NCBI GenBank assembly: GCA_965200645.1 | Contig: CBDAUN010000003.1 | Span: forward strand, 519,718 to 583,717 | DNA from: Arenicellales bacterium | Lineage (GTDB): Bacteria > Pseudomonadota > Gammaproteobacteria > Arenicellales > JAJDZL01 | Reading direction: 5' to 3' | DNA: 64,000 nt | Shown: positions 1 to 8,845 of the stretch, in pieces | Numbering within the stretch: position 1 is the first letter of the stretch | Layout: every line of letters starts with the position of its first letter | Notes under the pieces: generated by a model | Seen by the model: the letters and a program-made list of their open reading frames with translations, nothing else | Told to the model about the DNA's origin: nothing | Database searches by the model: none | Position numbers and translations under genes: made by a program

Positions 1-220
1 AGACGCCACAGAGCCAGACATCCATAGGAATGCTGTGTGAACCAATGGTACTGCCCCCAATAATCTCCTACAGCGCTATTTACCCTTGAAAAGGCTCTAA
101 ATCGAATACCCTGTGGGTGTTTACCTCTTTTGGCCAAACACCTTACAGTATTTGTGAGAAGATCTAAGTGTTCAAAGATTCAAGCAAAGTGATTCTTGCT
201 ATGAATCACGAAGCCTCAAT

Positions 221-1024
221 TTAGTTCGCCAGGTCTGGTTCGTAGACAATAGTGGCAGGGGTGCCTGGGTAGATAAACCTATCCTCATAGTTCATACGAA
301 ATACATATGGGTAAGTCGATCCGATTTCTGACGGTGATATCGCAGGTTCTACTTGAGCAGAAAATAACCGATCTGAACCCTCAAAGCGGACGTTGACTTC
401 ACTCACATTCAACAATCCACGCATCACATCATAGGAAACTGGCACTCTAATAACCAGGTCTCCAAATTTTGCCAAAGTCATCAGCACCTGTGGGTCAATC
501 CGACGTGTTAAATACATCCCTTCTACAACGTCCATAGTTTCAACGTATGCATCAAATGGCGCCACTAACTTGGTGCGTTCTAACTTTACCTCAACAATTC
601 TTCGCTTGGCCTCCGCCTCGACCAGTTTCAAGCGAGTCTGTTTGACCTGTCGTTCTACAGATTCGAAGTCAGTCGTAGATAGTGACCCTCTATCATAAAG
701 TTCCAAATTTCTTTCATGTTCGGCTTCCAATTCCTGCAATTCGATCGAAATTCGATCGACTCTGGCTTGCTGAATTTTCAAGGCGGCCTGCTGAATCCTC
801 GAATCCAACTCAACTACTACCGCACCAGCCTCTACAATGTCACCAACTTTAGCATTTACGGCAACTACCTGCCCCTTTCCTGGTGCAACTATCTGAACTC
901 GTGTTCCAAAATCTACCATCCCATGAAGTTCGGCAGCTAAGATGTTGCCACTTACCAGTACTCCCGCCAAGAACGAAAATACGCACTTTAAAATCACTCG
1001 AGTCATTCTAATTTTAGTTTTCAT
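221..1024 (-). CDS. RND-type efflux periplasmic adaptor (membrane fusion protein)
   Basis: Signal peptide, lipoyl-like halves (APGKGQVVAVNAKVGDIVEAGAVVVELD ... LVAPFDAYV) flanking a coiled-coil hairpin; overlaps the end of the TolC-like gene. Confidence 0.85.
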   Translation of the reverse strand: MKTKIRMTRVILKCVFSFLAGVLVSGNILAAELHGMVDFGTRVQIVAPGKGQVVAVNAKVGDIVEAGAVVVELDSRIQQAALKIQQARVDRISIELQELEAEHERNLELYDRGSLSTTDFESVERQVKQTRLKLVEAEAKRRIVEVKLERTKLVAPFDAYVETMDVVEGMYLTRRIDPQVLMTLAKFGDLVIRVPVSYDVMRGLLNVSEVNVRFEGSDRLFSAQVEPAISPSEIGSTYPYVFRMNYEDRFIYPGTPATIVYEPDLAN

Positions 1025-2324
1025 GTGAGAACACCTGCTTTCCCATGAGTAGGTCGAGTTGAGTCCAAACTAAAACCGTTTGAAAATCAACTTGAGATTT
1101 ATCACGCAATGCACCCAATAACTTTGCCTGTGCATCACCAAGATCGGACTTGACTTCAAGCTCGTACAGCGTACGACTGCGGTCTAAGTAGTAATCGCGA
1201 TACTCTGTAGCCACGTCAGCGGCAACTGAAGAAGTCGACAACTCATTTAATTCCAACCATAACTGCAATGTTGTTTCTCGCAGGTCAAATTCAATAGAAG
1301 TTAAATTTGCGTATGACTGTTCGACAGCAATTCTATTCCTTTGCTGAGTGACGCGTTTTTCACTACCCGCGTACAGTGGCACTCGAAGTTCTATAGCAAC
1401 CGTGGCTTCATCCCTTGTACCAATTGGCTGTTGCCACTTCTTTCCTTCAATAATTCCTTGAACACTCGGCTTAAACTTAGCCTCTCGACTTCCCGCTGTG
1501 TGTATAGCCTCTTGGACTTGAAGTTTTGCAATTTCCAGTTCGGGATTGGCATCCAAAACTTTTGCCAATAGGTCATTGTATTCCGGCAATTCCCGCTCTA
1601 AAAACTCTGATAAGTCAGGTAAAGTTAGATCACGAGGAACGTAATCCTCCAATCCCATCGCATTGGCAAGTCGACGTCTTGATGCTTGACGCTCGTAATT
1701 TGCTTTTTGACGAATAACAAATGCTGCTTGATATTTTGCCTGAGATTCCAGAACCTCGACTTGAGTGTAGGTGCCAAAATCGGTGTAACCTTCCTGCAAA
1801 CGACTAAATCTAAGGAAATCCACCGTCATCTCTTCATTCTTCACTCCATAATCCAAATCAGCCAGCAACACTTCTAGATACCGTTGCAGAATCAATAGTC
1901 TATTTTTTTGCAGCTCCTGATCCAGTTGCTTTCTTGCCCGCTGCAACCCAACACTCCTCGCCTTTTTCATTTCACTTCTGCTTCCGAAATCGAACAAATC
2001 TTGAACAATCCGCAAAGTTGCACTGCTGTCATCCCTGGAGTGTTCTAACCCCTCCATTGCTCGGTCAACACGTTCTCCCGTGAGATATAAATCGATTGTG
2101 GGATCAAATGCAGAGGAAACCAAGTCAAGTTCGGCTTGGGCACTATCAATGTTCAAACTGAATGTTCGAAGTGCTGGATTGTCACCATTGGCATAACTCA
2201 AAGCCTGATCCAGCGTTAAAGTGTTTTCTGGTGGTGGTTCAGCAGCGAATCCAATCAGGGAAACACACGCGAATATGCCGCCAATCATCGCCATAACCCA
2301 CTTGAGTTGGCAGTAGCGAATCAT
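1014..2324 (-). CDS. TolC-family outer membrane efflux protein
   Basis: 436 aa, signal peptide, LTLDQALSYA..NP start of mature domain, duplicated helical OEP pattern, adjacent to the adaptor gene. Confidence 0.85.
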   Translation of the reverse strand: MIRYCQLKWVMAMIGGIFACVSLIGFAAEPPPENTLTLDQALSYANGDNPALRTFSLNIDSAQAELDLVSSAFDPTIDLYLTGERVDRAMEGLEHSRDDSSATLRIVQDLFDFGSRSEMKKARSVGLQRARKQLDQELQKNRLLILQRYLEVLLADLDYGVKNEEMTVDFLRFSRLQEGYTDFGTYTQVEVLESQAKYQAAFVIRQKANYERQASRRRLANAMGLEDYVPRDLTLPDLSEFLERELPEYNDLLAKVLDANPELEIAKLQVQEAIHTAGSREAKFKPSVQGIIEGKKWQQPIGTRDEATVAIELRVPLYAGSEKRVTQQRNRIAVEQSYANLTSIEFDLRETTLQLWLELNELSTSSVAADVATEYRDYYLDRSRTLYELEVKSDLGDAQAKLLGALRDKSQVDFQTVLVWTQLDLLMGKQVFSHEN

Positions 2325-2350
2325 TGTTTCGCGGGTACTTCCGATTGGAT

Positions 2351-2920
2351 TTAGGTAGATGTTTGGTCGCGCCGTTCGCGCTTGAACTTTACGAAATTAG
2401 TTCTTTCGTAGTGCTTGTCCACAACAAACTCACCAAGCAACATGAATTCCTCGGCATCCTTGGTAGCACCGGTGTAGCGCATCACCGGCTCGCCTTTTAA
2501 ATCCAAAAATAGAAACACGGGGGTTGCACGAATTCTGTTATATTTCAGCGCAAAATCCTTTTCAGGCACCTCATTTCCTTCAAAATCTACGATCAAATTG
2601 TCGCCTTCGACATTCATCGTGATGATTCGAAAGTTCTTTTGATAGTAATCTTGAACATCTACCTGATTCAATATGGTAACCTTCATACGTTCACACCACG
2701 GACAATCGTTCAATTCAAACATCACCAAGATGCAAACTTGTCCTTCCTCTTGTGCGAGTTCTACCTCTTCTTGAAGGTCACCAAAGGTTTGATGAAAGAA
2801 GTATTCCTCTGGATCGCGGGTTTCGGCTGAGACGATCTGAGAAATTACACAAAGGCAAGCCAGTAGCCAAAAACCAATTCGAACAAAGACTGGTTTAGCA
2901 CTGCTTCGCCTTATCGACAT
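2351..2920 (-). CDS. soxW: SoxW-family periplasmic thioredoxin
   Basis: CPWC motif, RATPVFLF cis-Pro loop, signal peptide, directly downstream of soxB. Confidence 0.8.
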   Translation of the reverse strand: MSIRRSSAKPVFVRIGFWLLACLCVISQIVSAETRDPEEYFFHQTFGDLQEEVELAQEEGQVCILVMFELNDCPWCERMKVTILNQVDVQDYYQKNFRIITMNVEGDNLIVDFEGNEVPEKDFALKYNRIRATPVFLFLDLKGEPVMRYTGATKDAEEFMLLGEFVVDKHYERTNFVKFKRERRDQTST

Positions 2921-2924
2921 AATT

Positions 2925-4661
2925 TCAATTTCCCAATCCAGGATTTGCTCGATCGAGAATTAATTTTGGTTCGTTAATACTGTCAACACGAACAGTTTCT
3001 ACATTCCTAAGGTAATCTGCAACTACATCCCAGACCGGTGGGCCGGGAGAAACTTCTCCTACAGTCGCCCATCCACTAACCGAATACTCCTTACTCGCTT
3101 CGATCAACTCACCAGAATCCAACCGCATATCTGAAATTCTGCTGCCAAATCCCTGATGTGGATCTATCGTGTAACTGAATCCGGACACCCGTACCATATC
3201 GCCGCCCTGTTGGAAAAATGGATCGGGGTTAAATGAATTGTCAGCTACGTCTTCCAAAATCAACTTGAGAGTCTCGCCAGTCATGTTCCGAACATAGGTT
3301 TCGGGGTATGTCATTGCAGTCTGGGCCAGCACATCTTCCATTGTAATCATTTTCCCCGGCAAAACCGAAGTTCCCCATCGGAAGCCGGGAGACAGTGCAA
3401 TTTGAGCGTCACCAACTTGTCTAAGTGCCGCACAAGTCACTTCATCAAAAGATCCATTGAAATTCCCGCGTCGATACAACAATGACTCTGTGACTGCGAG
3501 TTCTTCATCCAGGCGGTCCGTATAGGGTGACCGAGACCGCGCAATGAATTGCGCCATTTCAGGATCCGGATCAAGTTGATTGCTGAAAATCGGCAGGAGC
3601 CGATACTTTACGTCCTTAACGCCACGGTCTGCGAACTCAATATCCGCAACACCCACGAATTTACCGTTAGAACCAGCGTTGGTAACTAGAGTAATACCTT
3701 CAGAGTTTTGCACCTCAATTGGAATCGGTACGGCATCGTGTGTATGACCGCCAAGGATGACATCGATCCCAGTGACCACCCTTGCAAGTTTGATATCCAC
3801 ATCCATCCCGTTGTGTGACAAAAGAATGACTGCGTCAGGTTTTTCATTCTCCCTGATCTTGGTGACCAACTCCTGCATTTCATCGGCTCGTATGCCAAAA
3901 GTCCAATCGGGTACATTGCGTCGCGGATTAGCAATTGGTGTGTACGGAAATGCCTGACCTATAATTGCAAGTTCATAGCCCCCAAGCGACCGCATCGTAT
4001 AAGGTGGAAATGCATGCCCAGTAAATTCGTCGTAGGCTGGCTTTTCGTCGAAAAGCGCATCTTCGGTCAGAAATATGTTTTGTGCAATAAACTCGCTGTT
4101 TGAAGCTGTTAAATTTGATTGAAGCTCTTCAGGTGTATAGGTAAATTCCCAATGTCCTGTTGCCAAGTCCACCCCTAGAATGTTATTTGCCTCAACCATT
4201 TCCATACCGCGGGTCCATAACGCAGTGCCACTACCCTGCCAACTATCTCCACCATCAAGCAATAGCGTTCGTTCCTCGCCATAACTTTGACGCAATTGGT
4301 TGACCAGCATTTTTAGATGGGCATATCCGCCAACCTTACCGTATTGTTCTGCAAGCTCAGCAAAGTTCAAATAGGTAAATGCATATGCTTCTGGAGTAGC
4401 AGCAGTGATGCCGTAGTAGTCAAACAGTGCCTTACCAACTAAGTGAGGCGGAAATCCCCAAGCATCTCCTACACCGAGGTTAATTTGAGGTTCACGATAG
4501 TAGACAGGATTTAACTGGGCGTGGGAGTCGGTAATATGCAGTAATCGAACACTGCCATAATTTTCTGAAGCATAGGCAGCTTCGATTGAAGAGGATGCTC
4601 CAATTCCAGCGACACTTGCTGCTGCAAGAACTTGCAGGAATTCTCGGCGATTAATGTACAA
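2925..4661 (-). CDS. soxB: Thiosulfohydrolase SoxB; true start probably TTG at 4661 rather than ORF-track 4733
   Basis: Tat signal INRREFLQ, LLHITDSHAQL metallophosphatase motif, LYRRGNFNG, 5'-nucleotidase-like C-terminal domain. Confidence 0.95.
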   Translation of the reverse strand: MYINRREFLQVLAAASVAGIGASSSIEAAYASENYGSVRLLHITDSHAQLNPVYYREPQINLGVGDAWGFPPHLVGKALFDYYGITAATPEAYAFTYLNFAELAEQYGKVGGYAHLKMLVNQLRQSYGEERTLLLDGGDSWQGSGTALWTRGMEMVEANNILGVDLATGHWEFTYTPEELQSNLTASNSEFIAQNIFLTEDALFDEKPAYDEFTGHAFPPYTMRSLGGYELAIIGQAFPYTPIANPRRNVPDWTFGIRADEMQELVTKIRENEKPDAVILLSHNGMDVDIKLARVVTGIDVILGGHTHDAVPIPIEVQNSEGITLVTNAGSNGKFVGVADIEFADRGVKDVKYRLLPIFSNQLDPDPEMAQFIARSRSPYTDRLDEELAVTESLLYRRGNFNGSFDEVTCAALRQVGDAQIALSPGFRWGTSVLPGKMITMEDVLAQTAMTYPETYVRNMTGETLKLILEDVADNSFNPDPFFQQGGDMVRVSGFSYTIDPHQGFGSRISDMRLDSGELIEASKEYSVSGWATVGEVSPGPPVWDVVADYLRNVETVRVDSINEPKLILDRANPGLGN

Positions 4662-4708
4662 GTGAACTGTCCAATAAATTACTGAAAATTTAAATGACCA
4701 ATTATTGC

Positions 4709-4734
4709 GATGGGCCCGACGATTCGGGCCCATC
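4709..4734. other. Perfect 11-bp GC-rich hairpin between soxK and soxB
   Basis: GATGGGCCCGA-cgat-TCGGGCCCATC read directly from the sequence; no strong U-tract after it on the minus strand. Confidence 0.8.
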
Positions 4735-4748
4735 TCAGTGATGTAAAA

Positions 4749-5126
4749 CTAACGAATCACCCTGCCTTTCCACAAACTGGATTCACGTTGGGCTTGAATC
4801 AGTGCCTGCTCGCCCTGAAGTTGTGCGGTGGCGACCAAACTCATCGCTTTTTCAAAATCTCCGTCCTCAGCGGACTTTTGCGCGCTTTTCAGCAATTTTG
4901 CTGTATCACGCCATTCATGACCAGAAGCCCTAGCAGCTTTGCGGGCCTCATTCGCCTTTGCAAATGCTGCATTGAATGTTTCGACATCGCTAGCGTGCAC
5001 CAAACTACTACCGACAAATCCAAATAGCGAAATGCCGGCTACAAATACGACCAAGCGTAAGCGTGTCATAGTTACGCAAATTAACGAACTTAGGTCCGTG
5101 AGTGCAGAAAAAATTCTATATTGCAT
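4749..5126 (-). CDS. soxK: SoxXA-binding protein (SoxK/SaxB-like)
   Basis: Small exported helical protein with EWRDT motif between soxA and soxB, the position SoxK occupies in SoxAXK clusters. Confidence 0.7.
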   Translation of the reverse strand: MQYRIFSALTDLSSLICVTMTRLRLVVFVAGISLFGFVGSSLVHASDVETFNAAFAKANEARKAARASGHEWRDTAKLLKSAQKSAEDGDFEKAMSLVATAQLQGEQALIQAQRESSLWKGRVIR

Positions 5127-5139
5127 GTGCCAACCCTCT

Positions 5140-5976
5140 CTATCGACGAACGCCAGGTCCGTTGAATTCTAAACCATTACTCATGTATGTCAGAAAATAT
5201 TCCAAGTTTCGATACTGTGCACTCTGTGCTTTAAACGACTTGGCTCGAACCTGAGAATTACAGCCGCCGAACCGTCGATGCAAAGTGCCAATTTCACCCC
5301 ACTTCAGACGGTATACTGGAAAATGACTTGGGTGTCCTAATGCAGGACTAAGCATTTCGGTTCGAACGGAACCTCCAGATCCACCTACGTGGCAGTCTGA
5401 ACATGCAAAATTCAACTGACCCCGCTTGGTGTAATAAAACTGTTTTCCCTGCTCATAAGCCTCAAGCGCTCGTGGGTCATCGGGAATGACTACATTGATT
5501 GTGTTTCCCCGAGATGTATATGCCATGTAGGCGGAGATAGCAGCTATGTCGCCCTTTTTATATTTTAAAGGTTTTTCACCATTTGCCTCTCGACACTGGT
5601 TGATAGCCAATTCCGCAGTAATGACCATCCCCTGCTCAAGGTCGAAATACGGATAATTTTGACGGATGCCAATGCCACCGTTTTCAAAGCAGTCGGCGTA
5701 AGTTTTCCCATTTGCGAAGGGTATTTCGAAAAGTTCCTGACCTTTGTCTACAGCAATTTCATAAGGTGGGAATTCTTCCAAATCAACCCATTGATCTCGA
5801 GATTGTTCATCAATAGAGTAGATTCCATTAACAAAGTCATCTTTTGGAGTATTCGGAAACTTGGTAAAGTAGTAATTTTCAAATGCTACCCGATCTTCTT
5901 CCGGTGAAGCTAAACCTGCTGTTGACGCAACAGCAATGAAGCATCCACCGATCAAGACCGACAATAATTTCTTCAT
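5140..5976 (-). CDS. soxA: Sulfur oxidation c-type cytochrome SoxA (single CxxCH)
   Basis: CSDCH heme motif, HRRFGGCNSQVRA active-site Cys segment, EYFLTYMSNG C-terminal motif. Confidence 0.95.
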   Translation of the reverse strand: MKKLLSVLIGGCFIAVASTAGLASPEEDRVAFENYYFTKFPNTPKDDFVNGIYSIDEQSRDQWVDLEEFPPYEIAVDKGQELFEIPFANGKTYADCFENGGIGIRQNYPYFDLEQGMVITAELAINQCREANGEKPLKYKKGDIAAISAYMAYTSRGNTINVVIPDDPRALEAYEQGKQFYYTKRGQLNFACSDCHVGGSGGSVRTEMLSPALGHPSHFPVYRLKWGEIGTLHRRFGGCNSQVRAKSFKAQSAQYRNLEYFLTYMSNGLEFNGPGVRR

Positions 5977-6020
5977 GCGATTATGGTCTCCTTTAATCGA
6001 TTGTGTTAATTGACAAGCGA

Positions 6021-6329
6021 CTACTTGATCTGAAAGGTCTGTTCGCCTGACCCGCCTTGATTGTCATTCCACGCGAAATCCAAGCTATCACCGCTCTGTG
6101 GTCCGCTTAATTTGAATGACAAATACGGGTTTTTGGAAATCGCAGGTCCCCAATGCGCACGAAACATCTCATTGCCGTTCCAACTGCAGGTTACCACTTG
6201 AATGTAATGTGCAGGAATCGGATTCCCGGTTTTTCGATCTTTGCGCTGTCCGGTCTCCATAGGATGCTTGATCAGAAGCTTTACTTCGGCTGCATCGCCG
6301 ATCATTCGAGCTTTTGCTTTCATTGTCAT
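6021..6329 (-). CDS. soxZ: Sulfur carrier protein SoxZ
   Basis: VKLLIKHPMETGQRKD and AISKNPYLSF motifs. Confidence 0.95.
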   Translation of the reverse strand: MTMKAKARMIGDAAEVKLLIKHPMETGQRKDRKTGNPIPAHYIQVVTCSWNGNEMFRAHWGPAISKNPYLSFKLSGPQSGDSLDFAWNDNQGGSGEQTFQIK

Positions 6330-6362
6330 ATTAATATCCTCAGATTGTCTATCAAATTTTCT

Positions 6363-6842
6363 TTAACCACCGCATCCGCCGATGGTGACCTTCACTTCAC
6401 GCACTCCCTTCAAAACCTGACCGTTCGCTCTAACAAGTGCGATCACATCAGAGGTTTTACCCATTTTGATTCGCATGGACACTTCCGGAATCGCACCAGG
6501 CTGTAAGTCGTAGGATGAAACCATCGGAGCTGGATTCTCGGGTACGAGAAGTGCGATAGATTCTACATTTTCAATATTCGCCGTCACCTTGATGGGGACA
6601 ACTGCGCCATTTTCTGCAATTTCTGGCGCTTTAATAATGATGCTTTCCGAAGCATCAACCACATTTTCTTCTCCAAATAGTGCATTTAAAGCCGAGTCAA
6701 GTTCCTCAGCATCAAATGCCGACTGAGGACGGGCTGCTGCAAAAGCTTGAGAGGTAAATCCCCACGAAGCCGCAACTCCTACCAGGCTTGCAGCGGCGGC
6801 ACCTTTGAGTACTACCCGTCTTTGCTGATCAAAATTGTTCAT
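6363..6842 (-). CDS. soxY: Sulfur carrier protein SoxY
   Basis: Tat signal (RRVVLK), APEIAENGAVVP, C-terminal VKVTIGGCGG swinging arm. Confidence 0.97.
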   Translation of the reverse strand: MNNFDQQRRVVLKGAAAASLVGVAASWGFTSQAFAAARPQSAFDAEELDSALNALFGEENVVDASESIIIKAPEIAENGAVVPIKVTANIENVESIALLVPENPAPMVSSYDLQPGAIPEVSMRIKMGKTSDVIALVRANGQVLKGVREVKVTIGGCGG

Positions 6843-6854
6843 ATGATTAGTCTC

Positions 6855-7232
6855 CTAGAGTGTGTAGACATATTCGGTGATTTTGTCGATTTCCTCCTCA
6901 GTCAAGATACCGTGTCGACCAAAAGGCGGCATCATCGAATTGGGGTTCGATGCAGTCGCATCGAAAATTCGGTCTCTGAGTTTCTGTTTATCCGGAAATC
7001 TACGTTCCATAAAGATAAGCGGCGGTCCATGGTTCCCGGGAAACTGCCCGTCATCCATAATATGGCAAGCCAAGCAGTTACCTTTGCGTCTATCAAAAGC
7101 AATCTTCTTGCCTTCAGCAATCACCTCAGGTGTTGCATCTGCCAAACCGATTTCGGGTCGAACCACCGAGACTGTGACCAACAGTCCGAAGATCAACATT
7201 GAAACCACTACTGATCCGTAAAATTTCTTCAT
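6855..7232 (-). CDS. soxX: Sulfur oxidation cytochrome SoxX
   Basis: KGNCLACH heme motif, NPNSMMPPFG. Confidence 0.95.
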   Translation of the reverse strand: MKKFYGSVVVSMLIFGLLVTVSVVRPEIGLADATPEVIAEGKKIAFDRRKGNCLACHIMDDGQFPGNHGPPLIFMERRFPDKQKLRDRIFDATASNPNSMMPPFGRHGILTEEEIDKITEYVYTL

Positions 7233-7337
7233 ATTTAAGTCCTTCCACTAAAAATACAATTTATAGTTCTACAGGCGGCAATGAATTAGTTCTTTGCAGC
7301 CTGTCTGCAAATTTAGCTTTCGCTGAGTGCAACCAGG

Positions 7338-7360
7338 TATATTCAAAAATGAGGAATATA
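7338..7360. promoter_or_regulatory. Candidate repressor operator in the soxX/ArsR divergent promoter
   Basis: Perfect inverted repeat TATATTC-N9-GAATATA in an AT-rich intergenic region; resembles ATTC-Nx-GAAT boxes of SqrR-type regulators. Confidence 0.4.
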
Positions 7361-7546
7361 GCACGCAAATTGTAGGAAATGTATTTCAGTTGCAAAATTA
7401 AATTACATTCCGGAATTTTTGGTTCAAAGTTATTATATTTGACCAATGAATTAGAAAGTTGTTGCATATTACATTGAATTTATCAATTCATTAGAAATAT
7501 TTTTTAAATTACTTTTAACTGTAAATTTGAAAATAATTTTTAAAAA

Positions 7547-7897
7547 GTGACCAGTTCAGCAGAAAATTTAAATCAATTCAACTTCAGTACGCCAATACCA
7601 GTTGAAAAAATGAGAGAGTTGGCTCAGGAAGCCAGTAATGTTCTAAAGCAACTTGCGAATGAACAACGGCTGATGGTACTGTGTCATCTTGCTGAAGGAG
7701 AAAAGACGGTCACGGAACTTCAATCTCTTGTTGGAATGGAGCAATCTTCCCTATCACAACATCTTGCCAAACTTCGAAACGAAGGGATAATTCAAGCTAG
7801 ACGGGATTCACAATCCAAGTTTTATTCAATTTCTGATGAAAATGCACTGAAAATAATTGAACTTTTGCACAGTATTTACTGCACTCCTATGGACTAA
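7547..7897 (+). CDS. ArsR/SmtB-family sulfane-sulfur-responsive repressor (SqrR/BigR/SoxR-like)
   Basis: ArsR winged HTH (LANEQRLMVLCHL, SLSQHLAKLR) with the two Cys typical of the BigR/SqrR group (LCHL and C-terminal IYC); divergent from soxX. Confidence 0.85.
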   Translation: MTSSAENLNQFNFSTPIPVEKMRELAQEASNVLKQLANEQRLMVLCHLAEGEKTVTELQSLVGMEQSSLSQHLAKLRNEGIIQARRDSQSKFYSISDENALKIIELLHSIYCTPMD

Positions 7898-8063
7898 TAC
7901 CTGAATTACTATTGACCAATTCATCATCAGTCTTTTTCAATTTAGTACTATACCCTTTGCGTGCACGATTTTTGACTCCTTGCAACCCTAATGTTCTCCG
8001 CCTGAATAGCGTCTCCAAGCGGCTTCAGAACTAGGATAAGCATAAGTGAGGATGCACCTTTCC

Positions 8064-8334
8064 TGAGCCAGGCAAAAACTTGATCAGGATTACAGCCACT
8101 CCAACCGCGGCCAGTAATGTGTCCGTAATCCAGCGTTTGAATTGTCAAACTTTTCAAGATTTCCGATTTTCAATAAACAATCTCGGCGCGATGCCCAGCC
8201 TCGGTCTTTTCCAACTGTTCGCGGGTCACCAAACGGTGCTCGGTCGATTAAACTAAACGAAATACCGCCCGCGCTTGGTGTTCGGACATTCCGGTCCGAC
8301 TGGCTTCGTCGAAGAAATCACTGCGCGCTGTCAT
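8064..8334 (-). pseudogene. Decayed DUF1640/CCDC90-like coiled-coil membrane protein
   Basis: SD plus ATG at 8334; reads MTARSDFFDEASRTGMSEHQARAVFRLV*STEHRLVTREQLEK...Y*KSEILK, then frameshifts to FKRWITDTLLAAVGVAVILIKFL (TM tail); two in-frame stops and a frameshift. Confidence 0.5.
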
Positions 8335-8401
8335 AATATGTATCCTTCCATAGTTGATATAAGAGTTTGTAAGTCAATCAGTCTTCCTTTTTGATGATCT
8401 T

Positions 8402-8743
8402 CTATAGCGTAGGATCGTAGCGATAGAGATGCAGGGTTCGGTATCTGATCAGATCAAATGCTTCGCTAACCTGTTCAGGCAAGACATAAAATTACTCTTG
8501 CGGATGCACTGACTTCCCGAATCTGTTGGTGGTTGTTAGTTTGGACGACCACGCAGTCTCGAAGAAATGGTGTCGCAGGTTCTCGACTTTGGAGTGTTCC
8601 AGATTCTTCAAATTATAGGTCGCGACGATCTCAACCGCTGCACACAGGAATGTCGGGTCGTTCCTCGCGTCTGCAATCCTGCGATTAACGTCTTGAGATG
8701 TGACGCTCACTTTGTGCAGAAACTGATGCACTGATATTATTGG
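8402..8743 (-). pseudogene. C-terminal remnant of a GIY-YIG / T5orf172-domain protein
   Basis: PIISVHQFLHKVSVT...RRIADARNDPTFLCAAVEIVATYNL...NRFGKSVHPQE*FYVLPEQVSEAFDLIR...YRYDP; the frame continues through the TAA at 8492, which sits at the usually conserved Trp (PREWF). Confidence 0.7.
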
Positions 8744-8845
8744 AATTTATCCTTTTTGTGTGGTTGGAATTTTTTCTTGCAAACTGATATTCAATGTCAC
8801 CGATGCGAATAACTTGCTTGCAGTCTATTTACTTGATTGTTTTAT

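Noticed and set aside
1-220. Start of an RND pump gene downstream of the adaptor
   Set aside because: Open minus-strand frames reach the window edge, but the visible residues match nothing I recognise.
4662-4733. ORF-track extension of soxB
   Set aside because: It runs through the intergenic hairpin and would bury the Tat signal; TTG 4661 fits better.
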